NCBI RefSeq assembly: GCF_037042905.1
Contig: NC_087263.1
Span: 10,914,001 to 10,978,000, forward strand
Reading direction: 5' to 3'
Source: Lytechinus pictus
Lineage: Eukaryota
Length of the DNA: 64,000 nucleotides
The notes under the pieces were generated by a model that was not told the DNA's origin, made no database searches, and was given only the letters and a program-made list of their open reading frames with translations. Position numbers and translations under genes: made by a program. Of the stretch, positions 1-13,663 are shown piece after piece (positions within the stretch are counted from its first letter, which is position 1; every line of letters begins with the position of its first letter).

Positions 1-482
1 GACATATTTCAAATGACAAGTTGTCCTCTGAAAGACCCTTTTAAGAGTGGGGGTGGACACTGCTAAGCATCGTTTGCATATTTAACTTTAGTCAGCGAAC
101 ACGATGGACGCATGATTTACTGATAAAAGAACGACTGATTGAATTTGAAAATATTTTGCAGAAAGATATCTAGATTTATGTATTTGATAATATGTGCCCA
201 ATATAAAAGAACGCTAGATAACATAGCATTAATTAGTAAGACTCACATAAAGAAGGACATATTATATATCTTCTTTATGCCATTCTCACTAATGCTACAT
301 ATTTTAGCGTTCATATATAGCTATAGCTGATGTTTCGAGATTCATTAAGATATCGAAACATCAACTACATGTATGGCTATATGGAAATTGTTATTAATGC
401 ATTCTTAAAATGTCATAGTGTAATGTATTCGTTGTATTCTTTTCGTTCACAAATAATTATTTTAAGTTAGTTAAGTTTCAAT

Positions 483-553
483 GGAGCGTTGTAGCCAAGT
501 GTATTATTCTTCAGACCTTGAACCCAAGGAAAGTGGGTTCAAATCCCAGCTGT
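483..553 (+). mobile_element. Degenerate tRNA-derived SINE head
   Basis: A-box-like TAGCCAAGTG and B-box-like GGTTCAAATCC at tRNA-like spacing; no intact cloverleaf. Confidence 0.5.
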
Positions 554-952
554 AAGTAGTAGCACAGCTGTAAGTAGTAATTTGAATACTGCGATACAAT
601 GTGGCCTGCACCTTTTTGTTGACAAAGGAATCAATTCTGCACTAACATTGTGCGTTATTGCCACAACATTGATACACTCTATTTAACTAATTTGCAGTAG
701 ATTATTTTGTCCGTGGAGGATGTATGTCCGCGCGCGTGTGTGTGTGTTAGGGGGCTGTTTGATATGCCGCATAAGACCCCCACACACAAACGCACACACA
801 AAACAAATGAATAAATGTAAATTTACAAACAAAAAATTAATTAAGCAGGCAACAAAAATAAACGAATCGAAACTATAATAGAACAGAAACGAAGGCAATC
901 AGGCAAAACGAAGCAAATCTAAACAATACCAAAATACGGCAACGGAAAAGCG

Positions 953-1191
953 CACAGCAAAAACTGTGGTGTTAAGCGGTGTACATAGAGGACCACACCA
1001 GTTATTTTACTCCGGTGTTAAATTGATGGTGTTAGTTTAACACCTATAGATGTTATTACAACACCTTTGGTTGTTACATTTACACTCTTTGGTGTTATAT
1101 TCAATCTCTAGGGTGTAATTTTAACACCAGAGGGTGTGGTCCTCTATTAACACCAACCGGTGTCAGTTTTAACACCACAGTTTTTACAGTG
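953..1191. mobile_element. MITE with CAC-type TIRs (CACTA/EnSpm-like)
   Basis: TIRs cacagcaaaaactgtggtgttaa ... ttaacaccacagtttttacagtg; a reverse-orientation family copy is at 23017-23256. Confidence 0.85.
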
Positions 1192-3945
1192 AGAAAACAA
1201 AAGCAATGTTAATAATAACAGGATAAGCGCAGTAATCGTGGGTCGGTATACTTTCATGACGAGCAATATTTAATGAAGCTCGTCAGGTATTTTCATTCAG
1301 ACATTTTGCAAATATCAAACCGGGACAGAATACATTGTTTAATCAATATTCATTTCCATTCAATGGCAAACGACTCTTGTAAATGGGTTTATCATCATTT
1401 GAATTACACTGTAAAAATGATTATGATTACTGAGTTATAGGCCTGTCCACACGCAACTGTCCCCATACCTGTGAAATTACTATTTTCTTTTATAAATTAT
1501 ATGGGATATTACAATGCTGTCGGAGCCATCATTCTCGCTGAACAGTCGTCGGTTTTTCCCCCTTTCTGCTTTTTTGTGTATAATCCACGCTCAAAAATGT
1601 ACTTCTTATCACTTGAATAATAATGGGGGCATTCGTCTCCCTGTGGTGCCACACCTAACGTCCCAGTGAACTTTCAGGGAGTACTTTGGGTTGAGTTCTG
1701 TTTCATAAAAATAATCATGATGATGTTTTCAAACTCTGCCGTGCATCACAAGCCTGAAAGGATCCCGGTCTCGATCTTTAAAGCTTTTCGTTTTTGGTGC
1801 GGGTTTTGTTTTGTTAGGCATGTTAGGAACCGACGATGACACAGTTATATTCCTCCTAAAAAATGGGGCAGTGTGAACGGATTTCATTCATCCGACGTGA
1901 TGTCGGCACATGGTGATGTTAAATGGGACTACATCATGAAATTATTACCTTCAAGACATTTAGGCGCTAGTGAAAAGCGGTTACAATCAGAGAAACAGAT
2001 CAAAATATATGGGAAGCAGTGTGAACGAGAGCAAAGTCATTAAAAGAAAAAATAAACAATAATGCATTAACAATTTAAGAAAGGGAAACAGTGCATGTAG
2101 AAAGGGTATATTATGTCCATTTGTCTGTGTATGGTTCATGTCGTAACGCTACTTCGCTCAATCAATTTTGTAATGTGATTGCGAGGATGATGATGATCAT
2201 GATAATGCTGATGATGGTAATGGAAAATTAATGACTATTGTGATAAGGAAAAATAGCAAAAGAGAGGGGAAGGTGCGAAGCGTACGTAGCTTTTTTTTCT
2301 TCTTACAAATGTGCATGCACTGATCGGGAAAATGTCGACCAATTTAAACGTTTCAGCGTTCAAATGATAATAAGAAATATATCATACGTGAAACCTTTCT
2401 TTTATCGATTTGGATAATCATTTCATAATCATGTTCCAATCTCGTCATTTCCAAAGCACGGTGGTAGCATCTTCTTTTCAACTCCCAAAAAGCCTCTCGA
2501 AAGCTATAAAAAGATATAACTTTTTAACTGGATAACACTAAGATATCCGCTTTTATAATTCACTCCTCGCCCGTTATTAAATCATGGAGAACGTTTTATC
2601 TGTAAGAATATGTCAAAGCGAAAACAAAAATTCATTATTGTCATGCTTATATCAACCTTGTCGTTGTTTGTTATTTCTATAAGTCATTTTCCTCTTCATT
2701 CTACAGTTCTAGTCATCCCAACATTTTGACAAGGCAGGAGTAATTATCTTGTCAGTGACATCTTGCATAGGCCTACATTTTAAAATCAGATCAGAAAATT
2801 TTATTCAGAATAGATGGAATTAAAGGCATACTGTTACAACTTGGGTTGATCAATACCGGAAGCAAGGGACTCATACAACATTACGTCAGATTTTCTTTAA
2901 AGTAAAAAGTGCTTTGTACAGATGTACCTATTAATGGTCGAGTGATCAATGACTCGAGTACTATAATGACTTTAGGATATTCACATTTCCACTTGTAAAT
3001 TGATCTAAAATCGTACTTATTTTTACACGTTTTATACTTTGTTAATCTGCTTGGATATTCTATTCCTTAAATCCTCGGAAGAAAACGTGAGTATTATATC
3101 ATTAAGCTAATGGATAGGGAACTTGTAATCCGTGGAACGTCCTTCTATCGAATCCTAAATCTCACTGGGGTGTGACTCAGCTTCTGTACCACTGAACCCC
3201 CATGAATCTACCAACTCAGGATTTTGGCGTTCCAAACTGGTGGTATTCCGTCTTTAAACATCCATACATGCGGGTACTCGGAAATTCTGTCGAAATATTT
3301 TATTCAAGACATGCAATGTGCGTGAAAAAGACGTTACTAACAAAGTGCGTCTGCAATACTAATAATGACATCTCTATATTGCTAAGTGCATCGGGGTAAG
3401 ACGTAATTTTACAAAAGTAGTAAGTTTGATCATTTCTGTCAAATCCATTAAGTATTATTTCCTTCACATCAATATGCTTCTTACGAAGCAAGACAGGTTT
3501 TAATATTTGACTTTATGAATTGTCAATGCTATATCTGTCTCGAAACTTTGGCTGCCAAAGCACGTATACGCGTCATAGAGACGGAAAATGCATTAAGAGT
3601 TTTATTCTTATTACTATCATGCGCATGATTTTTAAGTAGGTCTATAGATGTTCTGTGAGATCCCTACCTCTGTTTGTTTTAATTTTTTTTTTCCACATTT
3701 ATTTCTGGGGGATTAGTTGGGTATCGGGAAGACTAAATTTCTACAAAAGTGGTACTAATTTTGTTTAAGTCGTTAATTCGTATATTTCAAAATCTTATTT
3801 TTCGGGGATTTTGATTAATATCTGGCCGAAGACATTTTCGTTCAAGCCATGGTCTTGATGAAAGCGTTTTTTGTGATTTTCACTGAGCAAACTTCAGCAA
3901 ATCAGAGACAACATTTACAGTAAGTTATGAACATATCACGAAATA

Positions 3946-4176
3946 CACTCTAAAAACAAATCAGTAGAAATGACTATTTAATAGGGTCAGCTGTGTGCAA
4001 CTGTTATTCTAGTCATATTTGACTATTTTCTAGTCATATTTGACTAGAAAACAGTTATTTCTGACTAAAATACATGTCAGAAATGTGACTATCAGTGATT
4101 TCCATATCACTTGCACCCAGATGGCTATTAACATGATCATTAATCTAGTTAATTTGACTGACTTGTTTTAAGAGTG
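3946..4176. mobile_element. MITE with CACTC TIRs and TA flanks
   Basis: ta|cactctaaaaacaaatcagt ... actgacttgttttaagagtg|ta; internal repeated tgacta/tagtca motifs. Confidence 0.8.
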
Positions 4177-4614
4177 TACCTGCTTGACCCGTTTCATGAA
4201 ATACTTCAACTGTATGTGCATTCTCTACAAGGTAAGTCAATATACTTGCAGTATACTGCTTTCCTAAGAAAGTCTGTAAAACAAGGTTAATCGTTTCTTC
4301 CATCGTACGTCTAGATTCGGTACAGTGAAAAGCTGACAAAGCTGAAAACCGATCACCTTGAACGTTGCCACGTGGAACATTGTATTAAACATTATTATTG
4401 CCTGGAAAAGACCAGACATTTTGCTGAAATGTAATACCTAATATATTTTGCTAATTTTTCTGCAGTTGCACATATTTCCCCTTAATCCTTTGTCTTGTAT
4501 GTATCTATTTATACATATAGACACTTTTGGTGGTCAATTTATTTTATAATGTCCGTACTCATTTTAAAATCGTTACAACTGGCATTTATCTTTAATTTTA
4601 ATTGCCACTTACTG

Positions 4615-4771
4615 GGGAGCGTTTCATGAAAGGACTTGTCGGACGTTTTATCTGACAAGTTTTGTTTTATCCGACAGTTACCATAGTAACTGTGCTTTCC
4701 AGCCAATCAGAATCAAGGAAAGTTGTCAGATCTGACAACTTGTCGGACATAAATGTTGATGAAACGCTCCC
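4615..4771. mobile_element. PIF/Harbinger-like MITE (CTG TSD) with X-box/CCAAT core
   Basis: ctg|gggagcgtttcat ... atgaaacgctccc|ctg; 3-bp TSD; related copies at 13664-13990 and 56899-57035. Confidence 0.8.
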
Positions 4772-5009
4772 CTGATGGGGCTCAATACCCCACTCTTTCC
4801 TTTTATGATTGTCATAACATGGAGTCATCTTGGGGAGAAAATGACACAACAAAAAGGGTGATGTCATGTCACACCTACAAATCTGTCTGATGCTCTGTCA
4901 TAGGTAATAATGTAATAACTTTCGTTGACATCAGGTCGATCTGGCCGATGTGACCGTTCCATTAAAGTGCATGTTGACTGACACAGTGAATCAGGATATG
5001 AGACAGATA

Positions 5010-5884
5010 AGGCGGTGCTGCACCATCCCGAGTTTGCTCAATCTCGAGATTTTAGCCCGATCAGCCCTCTTCGCGATTAATCTCGAGATTCAAGAAACCC
5101 CGTCTGCACCATCCCACGACAGCGATTCCTGCTCGAGCGAGGCAACAAGCCCGATATTACGAGCATGCGCACTTTCGGATCTTGGAGTTTCAACGGCCCG
5201 CGCTTTTGAATAACTTCCCGCGATATGCAAGCAATGTACTCCTTTCACTAGCACTTTCGCCGAATTCAACCGGTGTTATGCAACAATCCTCTCAGCTCAG
5301 CGAGTGAAGAAGTGATGTATTCTTCGTTAAATATGATGGCGGAGTAGGAGGTAACGACAGAGAGAGAGAGAGGGAGAGAAGGAGGAAAGAAATGCTATTT
5401 GCTCACATTTTGCGAAGGAATAAGACAACACTGCTGTCAGTGTTGTTATTGAATATGACCATCGTCGATGAGCGCCTCCCCCTTCGGTCTGGTCTCTCCC
5501 AAAATCCATTCACTGGTGGGACACCATCGTTGCTTATGAACGCTATTCGCATGTATAACGTTGACTTCCGCACGTGTTTATGTTTTGACCAAGGCGGAAG
5601 TGGAACGCGAATTGCATTATGGACTGACGTCATGAATAAATTACCCCGAGTCCAATCTCGAGTGCGTCTGCACCGACGAATTAACGGGATAATTCGTAAA
5701 ATAGCGCGCTATTTTGCAAATAAACCCGAGTTGACTTGGGATTGCAATCTCGAGATTAATCCTACGAACTAGCGCGATAATTGCGTCTGCACCGCCAACT
5801 ATCTCGAGATTTTTCAGATCGGGATAATTTGCCGGATCAGAAATAGCGCGCTAATTTGAAACTTCGGGATGGTGCAGACGGCCC
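5010..5884. mobile_element. Non-autonomous PIF/Harbinger-like element
   Basis: Imperfect TIRs aggcggtgctgcaccatcccga / tcgggatggtgcagacggccc with TA-rich flanks; subterminal repeats of gtctgcacc and the palindrome atctcgagat; GC-rich relative to flanks; no transposase. Confidence 0.75.
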
Positions 5885-6789
5885 TATAGATATTTAAGAG
5901 AGATGGGGGGGGGGGCGTAGGAAGAGAGGCACAGAGTATCAGTGGTGGTGGGATAATAGGGAAAAAGATTGGATGAAAAGGAGACTAGAGTAGCGTGCAT
6001 GGTATAACAGTTTTATCTTAACTTTGAGGTGTACGTTTTGATCCACCACGAAGGCAAGCACTATGGGGAGGGAGGGCGTCTTATAAAAATATAGGATACA
6101 TATGATAGATACGTACACCGATATGTCGATCATAACATAGAAAAGGAAAGGGCAAACCTTAAGTTATTTTATCTTCATGTGTTTTTGCCTCTCAAAGGGG
6201 AAAAAACGAAAAGGCATCGATACAAAAGTTCATTGAATGAATCACAGCCGTTCGGTCAATACCGCATTTTACGCTCACTTGGGTGCATTTCACACTCGAC
6301 TTGGCCGCCCGTTCGGCCCCGACCGTTGCGGAGGTAGCGGTTGCTTATACACCACTGCCGGATGTCAACGGGCGAAGAAGCGCGCTAAATGAAATTATCC
6401 CCACAAACTGTCAAGACAAACTTTTCCGGTTGGCGGCCCGCGATCAAATGAGGCTGAACGACCGTCAATCGTCATTGATCACATTTTCATCTTGAAAGCA
6501 AGAAAATGAGAGTTGATTGCTCAGAATCGGTTTCACGTTCATGTGTCCCTGTATACAAAACATCCCTTACATTGATTCTTGAAAACAAATAAATAAATAA
6601 ATGTCAGAAAGTAATGATATTGTCATTATACTTCCGAATACACTAAGAGAATTCAACTAAATTATTAAACGCTCTCCTTTGTAATACACTTATTTTGGTT
6701 TCTTCTATCTTTTTCTGACGTTGCCTCCACTACTGTTGTTGATTCGTATCAGCCGTTTGACTTTTATCGATGTTAAAGAGCTACTCCAG

Positions 6790-6935
6790 GAGTCCGTTTC
6801 ATAAAGACTTGTTATAATAACAGATACACAATTTCTATAACGGATTTACTATCAGCCATTAAAATTGAAGTATCTAAGTAGCTTTTTAACTGTTATAGAA
6901 AATGTGTTATTATAAAAGTTTTATGACACAGGTGC
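6790..6935. mobile_element. Degenerate Harbinger-like MITE
   Basis: ggagtccgtttcataaagacttgttataataaca ... tgttattataaaagttttatgacacaggtgcc imperfect inverted ends. Confidence 0.5.
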
Positions 6936-7192
6936 CTAGATGAGAATGTGGTTTGAACAGAAAGAGTACAACCAGACAAATAAAACACTGAACATTTTTA
7001 CCAAAATCGGACAAGGAATAACAAAGTTTTGACAATTCAAAACGAGTTCTCGCGAGGTTATTGCGGACATATTGATATCAGCTGTATGTGCGGGTGTAAA
7101 TTGTTGTGGGTGCGTGTGCGTGGGGGTGTGTGAGTGTGTGAGAGAGTGTGGGTTATACATTATAAGTGACTATATGTCTGTATACTGCTTCA

Positions 7193-7496
7193 CTTTTCGC
7201 ATTTACTACGGAGACACTCTCTACAACCCACCAATACCTTTGAAAATACAAGTCAAATCACAATGGAGAGCTGAGAGGTCTTTGTCGAAAATTGTGGAAC
7301 GGGGCAGCATCGGAATCTCTTTACTTTTGACAACGACAAATTTGCAATTGTTCGTCCGGTGCAAATCTTCGGAGGATCTACTGTCCCAGTCCACCAACTT
7401 TCGACAAAAGCCTCTCAGCTCTCCATTGTGATTTTAATTGCATTTTCAAAGGAATCGATGCGTTGTAGAGTGTGGCTCCGTAGTAAATGCGAAAAG
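7193..7496. mobile_element. Fold-back element with ~125 bp inverted arms (dispersed family)
   Basis: cttttcgcatttactacggag...ggagagctgagagg...ttgtcgaaa pairs with tttcgacaaaagcctctcagctctcc...ctccgtagtaaatgcgaaaag; related sequence at ~24130-25025, ~43340-43620 and ~58545-58830. Confidence 0.8.
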
Positions 7497-9339
7497 CCTT
7501 TAGTATCTTAATGGCAGAATTGGCAATTTCTAGCTAAAAACTAAATGATAGTTGCTCGAAGGAAGTCAAAACTAACACATTATATTTTTCTATTTTTCAG
7601 ATTTCTTAATCATTCCTTATTTTACTTCATTCTTTTTTCTGGCTATATGGTCAACACACAGGAAGTTCGGCCATATTTGTTGAGAACATTCATCCGAAAT
7701 TACTTTTTCCTTCTTCATTTATCCATTGACGTCATTCGTACTGCGTTTTCTCCTCAAAATAATTATCCACGGGTAATTATTGCTTGAAGACCAAAGTGAC
7801 TTTGTACAGGCCTAATTCAATAAGTTTCAAGATATGCAACTTCAAGCATCATTAACATTCATTTTCCAAATGAAGATTATAGTTTTGAGAAAGGTCCATG
7901 ACCCTAATTAGCGTTTATATTGGCATCGTAGGTAGGTTAAAATCATTCGTATATTGAAATCCGTTTTAAGTTCCAATTGATTATAAGATATTTATTTCAT
8001 AAATTTGAAATAATTGTTAGATTGACGAAACTACCTTCATGCTAAAATACAGATTGTGCCACTTTGTAAAGGTAAGACATTTTCTAAAATTGACTGGGGT
8101 AACCGATTTCTTTTATATTTTATATTTCATATTCCCTTTTTTATTTATTTATTTGTTGTAGGGGGGCTGACTTATCTTCTACCAAAATCTGATAAATGTG
8201 CACAAGGCTTTCAGATGTGCTCCACCAACAATGTAATCTTTATCATTTCATTAACAAAGTCAAGCGTCTAAGGTTTTTGGAAAACTATTTGAGTACTCGA
8301 ATTCAATATCCCGCAGTGCATTGCGCTTGCCGAAACGGTACTACGTCAGGTCAAGAATATTAATCTCAGTAAAATTGGTATCTTTACTCAGCCTGCGGAA
8401 AACAAATACGTTCAGTTTGGCAATGTTGCCACCCTGCTTTGCATTTGATCCCTTGTGGGCTGAGGATCGATATACTATTATACGAAGATACTTTGTTTTT
8501 CGCTGAACAGACATTCGCCTTGAATGAGGTCGTAATAAAGATGACACGATGGAAGGAACAATTGAAACAACCTGCTTATAGTGACGATTTTAATCACTAT
8601 TTCGTGTAAAAGGAAAGTAAGATAGTTTACATTTAGAGAGAAACCTTTTTTGAGCTACCACTATTACTACTGAGATCATGGAGATGGCGACCACTGGTAT
8701 TGTAGGCCTCCTTTTTTTTTACTATGACTTTTACGGAAATAGATTGAAGTTTGACCTGTTTTCCTCGCTTAAGTCAATTCCTTTAAAATTATCGCGACTG
8801 TTTTTTTTTATACAGAATCCCTATGTTGTATTATAAGCATCGCTCAAAAACATATTTTGTTCTGCCGGTATCTAACCGCCATTTGGTCGAAGGCAGAAAG
8901 TACTAAATGATGATTGAATTCTGCCTCTCGTAAACAACTCAATCATAATAAAATTGCCATTAGAATTTGTTTTGTTTTGTGCTTGTTCCTTCCCCTCGTA
9001 CACATCTAGTGTCTTTACAAGACGTCAGGCAACTAAATCTAATGGGAAAATAAAATACACAGAATACACTCGTGCACCTGTGCTTGAAACGTAACATCTG
9101 AAAGGACCCGAAAGTCAACAGTCAAGGAATGCATATTTATTATATCATTTTTGTTTAAGATATGTAATGTTGTATACGTGTATATCAATCTCACTCAATA
9201 TGGATTTAACTCCCTTTTGGAACGTTGCCCCCCCCCCCCTTTTTTTTTAAAGACTTGATAGTTGATCATGGAACACGGTGTTATATAAACGATATCAGTA
9301 GAAAAAGACGAGCCAACTTATTTTTATCTTCTCCCCCTT

Positions 9340-9500
9340 CCCAGGCGCCCCCCCCTTTGAGAAGCAAAATTCAAATTTGAAATGTAAAAATGCCATTAAA
9401 ACCGAGGTGTGCCCCCTCTTTTGAAATTGAAGACCTTTTTTTCTTTTTCTTTGCTTGTCAAATTTTTTCGGGTACGAAATATCCTTAATTTGTGGTTGAA

Positions 9501-9532
<32 letters not shown>

Positions 9533-9604
9533 GGGGGGGGGGGCTTGTCTAAATATTCCTCCGAAAAAATTGCCCCCCCCTTTGGAAAATCCTGGATCCG
9601 CCCC
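9340..9604 (-). mobile_element. hAT-like poly-C/poly-T MITE remnant
   Basis: Ends in ttggaaaatcctggatccgcccc, the reverse complement of the caggggcggatccagg-type terminus also seen at ~49276 and ~51060. Confidence 0.55.
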
Positions 9605-11984
9605 TTCCCCTTCATCCCCCTCTTTCTTTCCCCTTTCTCTTTCTCTATCTCTTCTTCACCCTTTTCTTACATATCTTCATTTAATTTCCTCTGTCCAGCA
9701 CGTCTTCTACGATTCATTTCGACACAATGAATTATCTCATTCAACTTTTTATCTTCACTGCTTCCATTGCGGAAGAATCTGCCGTTTCTGTTTCTTCAAG
9801 TTCACTCCGGAATATAATGTTCATGCACTATACAAAAACGCAACGCCATTTTAACTTATCGCTCGCTCTCTCTGTGCATGTACTGTATTGTCAATTACTT
9901 CTATTTCATTTTTTTAGTGAAGGGGAACTATTTTGTAAGTAGCCAAGCTTCGTGTTCTGACGGTAGCAGTGTTACAATTGGTATGACTGTATGAAGGATT
10001 CCTATAAAAAAAAAAGATTGAACGAATCGAAATTCATAAAACTCATGAAATTCAAACTAGGCTACATGTATAGTGGAATTAAAAGGATATTTTCAATGAT
10101 TTACAATGATTCGGGACGATTATTCAATTGAACATTATCATGAGAACATAGACACCATTTTCATACCAATAAAATAGTAAAAAAACAGTTCATAGTCACC
10201 ACCATACATCATATCCTCACAAGAAGTCAGAGTTACATATCGTGTTCCATATTTGTTCCGGCGACGATTGCTCCGATGGAAAATACCTACGTCTTGCCAA
10301 ACATAAAATTTAACCTCTAAAACTAAATAAAACCTCATCCGCATCTTTACATTATTCTGAACCAAAAATTATATTACAATCCTAGCTCTAACCCTATGTC
10401 CTCAAAGATATTAAGACCGGAGCATAATATGTCGCCGCAGCAGAAAATCGATGTCCTTACATTTTTTTACTAGAACTAATCGAAAGGGGGGATTTTTACT
10501 AGAAACAACCAAAAGGGGGAAATTTGATTTGTAAAGATATGGGTCAATGAGACGTGGGTTCGAGTTTGATATAAAAATAATGTGATGAGACACCTTTTAA
10601 TCACTTTTCTGTAAGGATGTTGGACATTTTCCTACTACTAGTAGTTCTAAATTGTGTCTTTCATTATTGTTACAGATATTATATTTCAAGTGCATGCTAA
10701 GAAAAATGTGTGGCTTCTCAGCGCCTTACTTTACAGCTAGAATAAGCCGCCCGACTAAGACCGTTGTTAGAGACTGTATTTTATGAAACCTATCAATGAT
10801 GTGTCTTGACAAAAATGCTTCAATTCTATGTTTCCTTCTATATATAATTTCAATCTATTTGTGAGAGAGCATCTTTTTAAGCCCGATCATGGCAAGACCA
10901 CGCGAATCTTTCTTGCATTCCCGTCACGACTTCCAACACCAATGTCTTGGCCGTGTTCCCCACGCCACCAACAACCCCAAACTTAGCTATCGGAAGAACG
11001 ATCCGTCACGCCTCGGCCCTCGCTAATCTACCCGTCAGAAATGGGATCAATGGAGGTGTTGATGAAATCTGATGGCGCCTGTCACAGAGCGCACCGCAGT
11101 ACACGTACACAAACAACCGTCAATGGCGTAACGTCCACGGGCAGTGACCGGGTGCCATGCGTACTTTTGTTTTACTGGTATTCGGTTTTGGAGAAGTTGC
11201 GCAAGATTGATTGTATGCATATTCGGCTCGCTGCAGTCACATCAACGAAACCGACTCCAAACCGACAGATGATGCATCATTCGAAATAACGTAAATACAT
11301 TGATCGGTCTTGAGTGGGTGCGCTGGTGTGGATTTAGTATTCATTCATTTGACATCATTCAACCGGTAGTTCTAGAAAGGGATTTCCGCGGGCATCCTCA
11401 CAAGAAATTGATGGTTAAGGGTTGGGTTAGCCAAGGATGAGCATAGCTTTAACGTGTATCAGTGACCTAACAATCGTTATTGATGACAGTCTAAAGCCAT
11501 GGGATATATATATAAATATGTATACATATATATATATAAAGAGCGTCTTGTATGTTTCTATAAAAAAAAATGCAATGGAAAAGGTGATTGTAAAATATAT
11601 GGTTTTGAATTTATGTTGAGTCACAATAATTATTCGATGAAGGTCGACTCACAACCAAGCCGAATATGTATAACCTCATTATTCTCGTCATAAATTAAGC
11701 AAATGCAATGGAAGCGAATGCTAGGTCAGCTCCAGGAAAGCGTAGTCGCTACAGTAATCTTAATCGATTCGCATAGGCCTCCTGGTAAAATGGATAGCAT
11801 AGGTGGAGTAATTTAACATGTCTGTAGACCCTTTGTCATTCCACTCATAGCAACCGCTACAAAGTGATTGGTAAAATTTTAATTTCTATCTATTCAGCGC
11901 GTTTTGTGAAGTTCATCTTTGTAATTCGTGGAAGGGAAAGAAAAAATTGATGGTAACCATGGCAATGATCTTAGGAGGAAGCGA

Positions 11985-12500
11985 ATGAGAGCGATATAGT
12001 GAGGGAGAACGGTGAGAGAGGAAAGAAGATAGAGGAAGTTAGGAGATAGAGAGGAAGGGATATCGAGGGTAGAGATTGAGAGAGAAATACAGCGAGAGAG
12101 GGGAGAGAAGGGTGGGTGGGTGTCTCGGAAATTAAGGAGTTAATAATAATAATAATAATAACGATAATAATAATTGTTTCTTATTAAGCGCTTTTTCAAA
12201 AAAAGTTACAAAGCGAGTCGAACATGCAGAGGGGCTTAAACATTACAGGTTAAATTGTTGGTATGATATAAACATGATAAAAAAGAGGGATACCAAATAG
12301 TTACGATTGCATTGGAATAAAAGACAATAGTAAAACACCAAACCCTTACAATATTAATGTTCTTCTGCTTGGATATCACCAAATAACTTCTATTCATCAT
12401 CGTCATCATTATCATCATCATCACCACCATCATTGTCATCATCGTTACCATCATCAGCATCATCACCGCTGCCCACCACCATCGTAATTACCATTACTAA
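11985..12500. repeat. Low-complexity cluster: GA-rich tract, (AAT)n with an L2/SINE-like tail, (CAT)n
   Basis: Direct reading; aagcgctttt...caaagcg beside the (AAT)n run resembles a minus-strand L2-type 3' tail. Confidence 0.75.
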
Positions 12501-13116
12501 TGCCAACATAATAATGCCCGAGAAAGGCATAAAACCATGCACAAACAGCCGAAGGCTTCTTTTGCTCAAGCCACGTGAGCGATTTGGAGGTTACTATTCC
12601 GTAGCATTGTCCCCCATTTTTTATCCTCTTGCCATGTTACAACGGGGTAAATAATTGATTATTGCATGTGTTATCATCGCCGTCTAGTACGCCCTTCGCC
12701 GAAGGGATAATATGAAATCAATAAGAACATGGACAAGTTTGTGATCAAAATGAAGGATGGCACGAAAGTTGAGATGCAATAGAAAATTGCTGTTAACCTC
12801 ATCCAAAATAAGCCATAGGGAAGGATATAATCTCCAGTTTGAAAACAAGTCAAACGGTCATTATAGATATATTTCGCTGGTTAACATTATGAAATAAGAT
12901 ATGGAGCAGGATATCACCAGGAGTGATACATTTGTAATCAAGAGATGTGGGTCGCAGACAAATATCAAAGCAGGTTATACAAAATAGAGACACGGGAATA
13001 AAAAGATCGGAAGCAGGGCGGAGAGGTTCATTCGAATTGTTCAATTGAGGGCACACAGGCCATTAAAAATAGTGTCGAACGTTAAGTGTAGCAGGTAATC
13101 TGTAAATGGTGTAAAA

Positions 13117-13527
13117 GAGTTTGGTTGCAAAAGGGGTTAGGTCCACTTTGGACCATTCCGATAAAAATCATGTTTTTTTATTCTCACTTATTGCAATATT
13201 CTTATGCGAAACTAAATGTTCGTGATACCCTACCATGTGAACATAAAATTGGGTATAGAAGTAATCTACCTGTCTTCAATGTTTTTCTATGTTTATATTT
13301 TTTAATATCATTGTGGACATGACCCCTTTTGCAAGAAAATTGAAATGAATACAATCCAATGTATAAAAAAGTGATTTGTCTTTGCCACTCTTATTCACTT
13401 TTTAATGGGAATTTCAACTTGTCTTGAGTATTATCTTATAGAGATACTACAGATTTATACATTGAGACAAAAAAAAAAAAATCAAATTTGATGACAAATG
13501 AACCCAACCCCTTTTGCAACTGAGCTC
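13117..13527. mobile_element. Non-autonomous TIR element with GAG termini (Sola-like)
   Basis: gagtttggttgcaaaaggggtt ... aaccccttttgcaactgagctc|ttaa; GAG...CTC ends with a TTAA-like site (left flank degenerate). Confidence 0.6.
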
Positions 13528-13663
13528 TTAACGTACATGTATTTATGTGTTTGCATAAATGCATTTCTTCAATTAAATATTTTGTCAAAATGAACGTTTA
13601 TGGATCCAATCTATAGTTTAGTATAGTTTTGTACTAATGTATACGCCCACTAGGACACCTCAG

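Noticed and set aside
5327..5772. ORFs of 60-126 aa within the GC-rich segment
   Set aside because: They lie inside a non-autonomous TIR element, overlap on both strands and show no recognisable domain.
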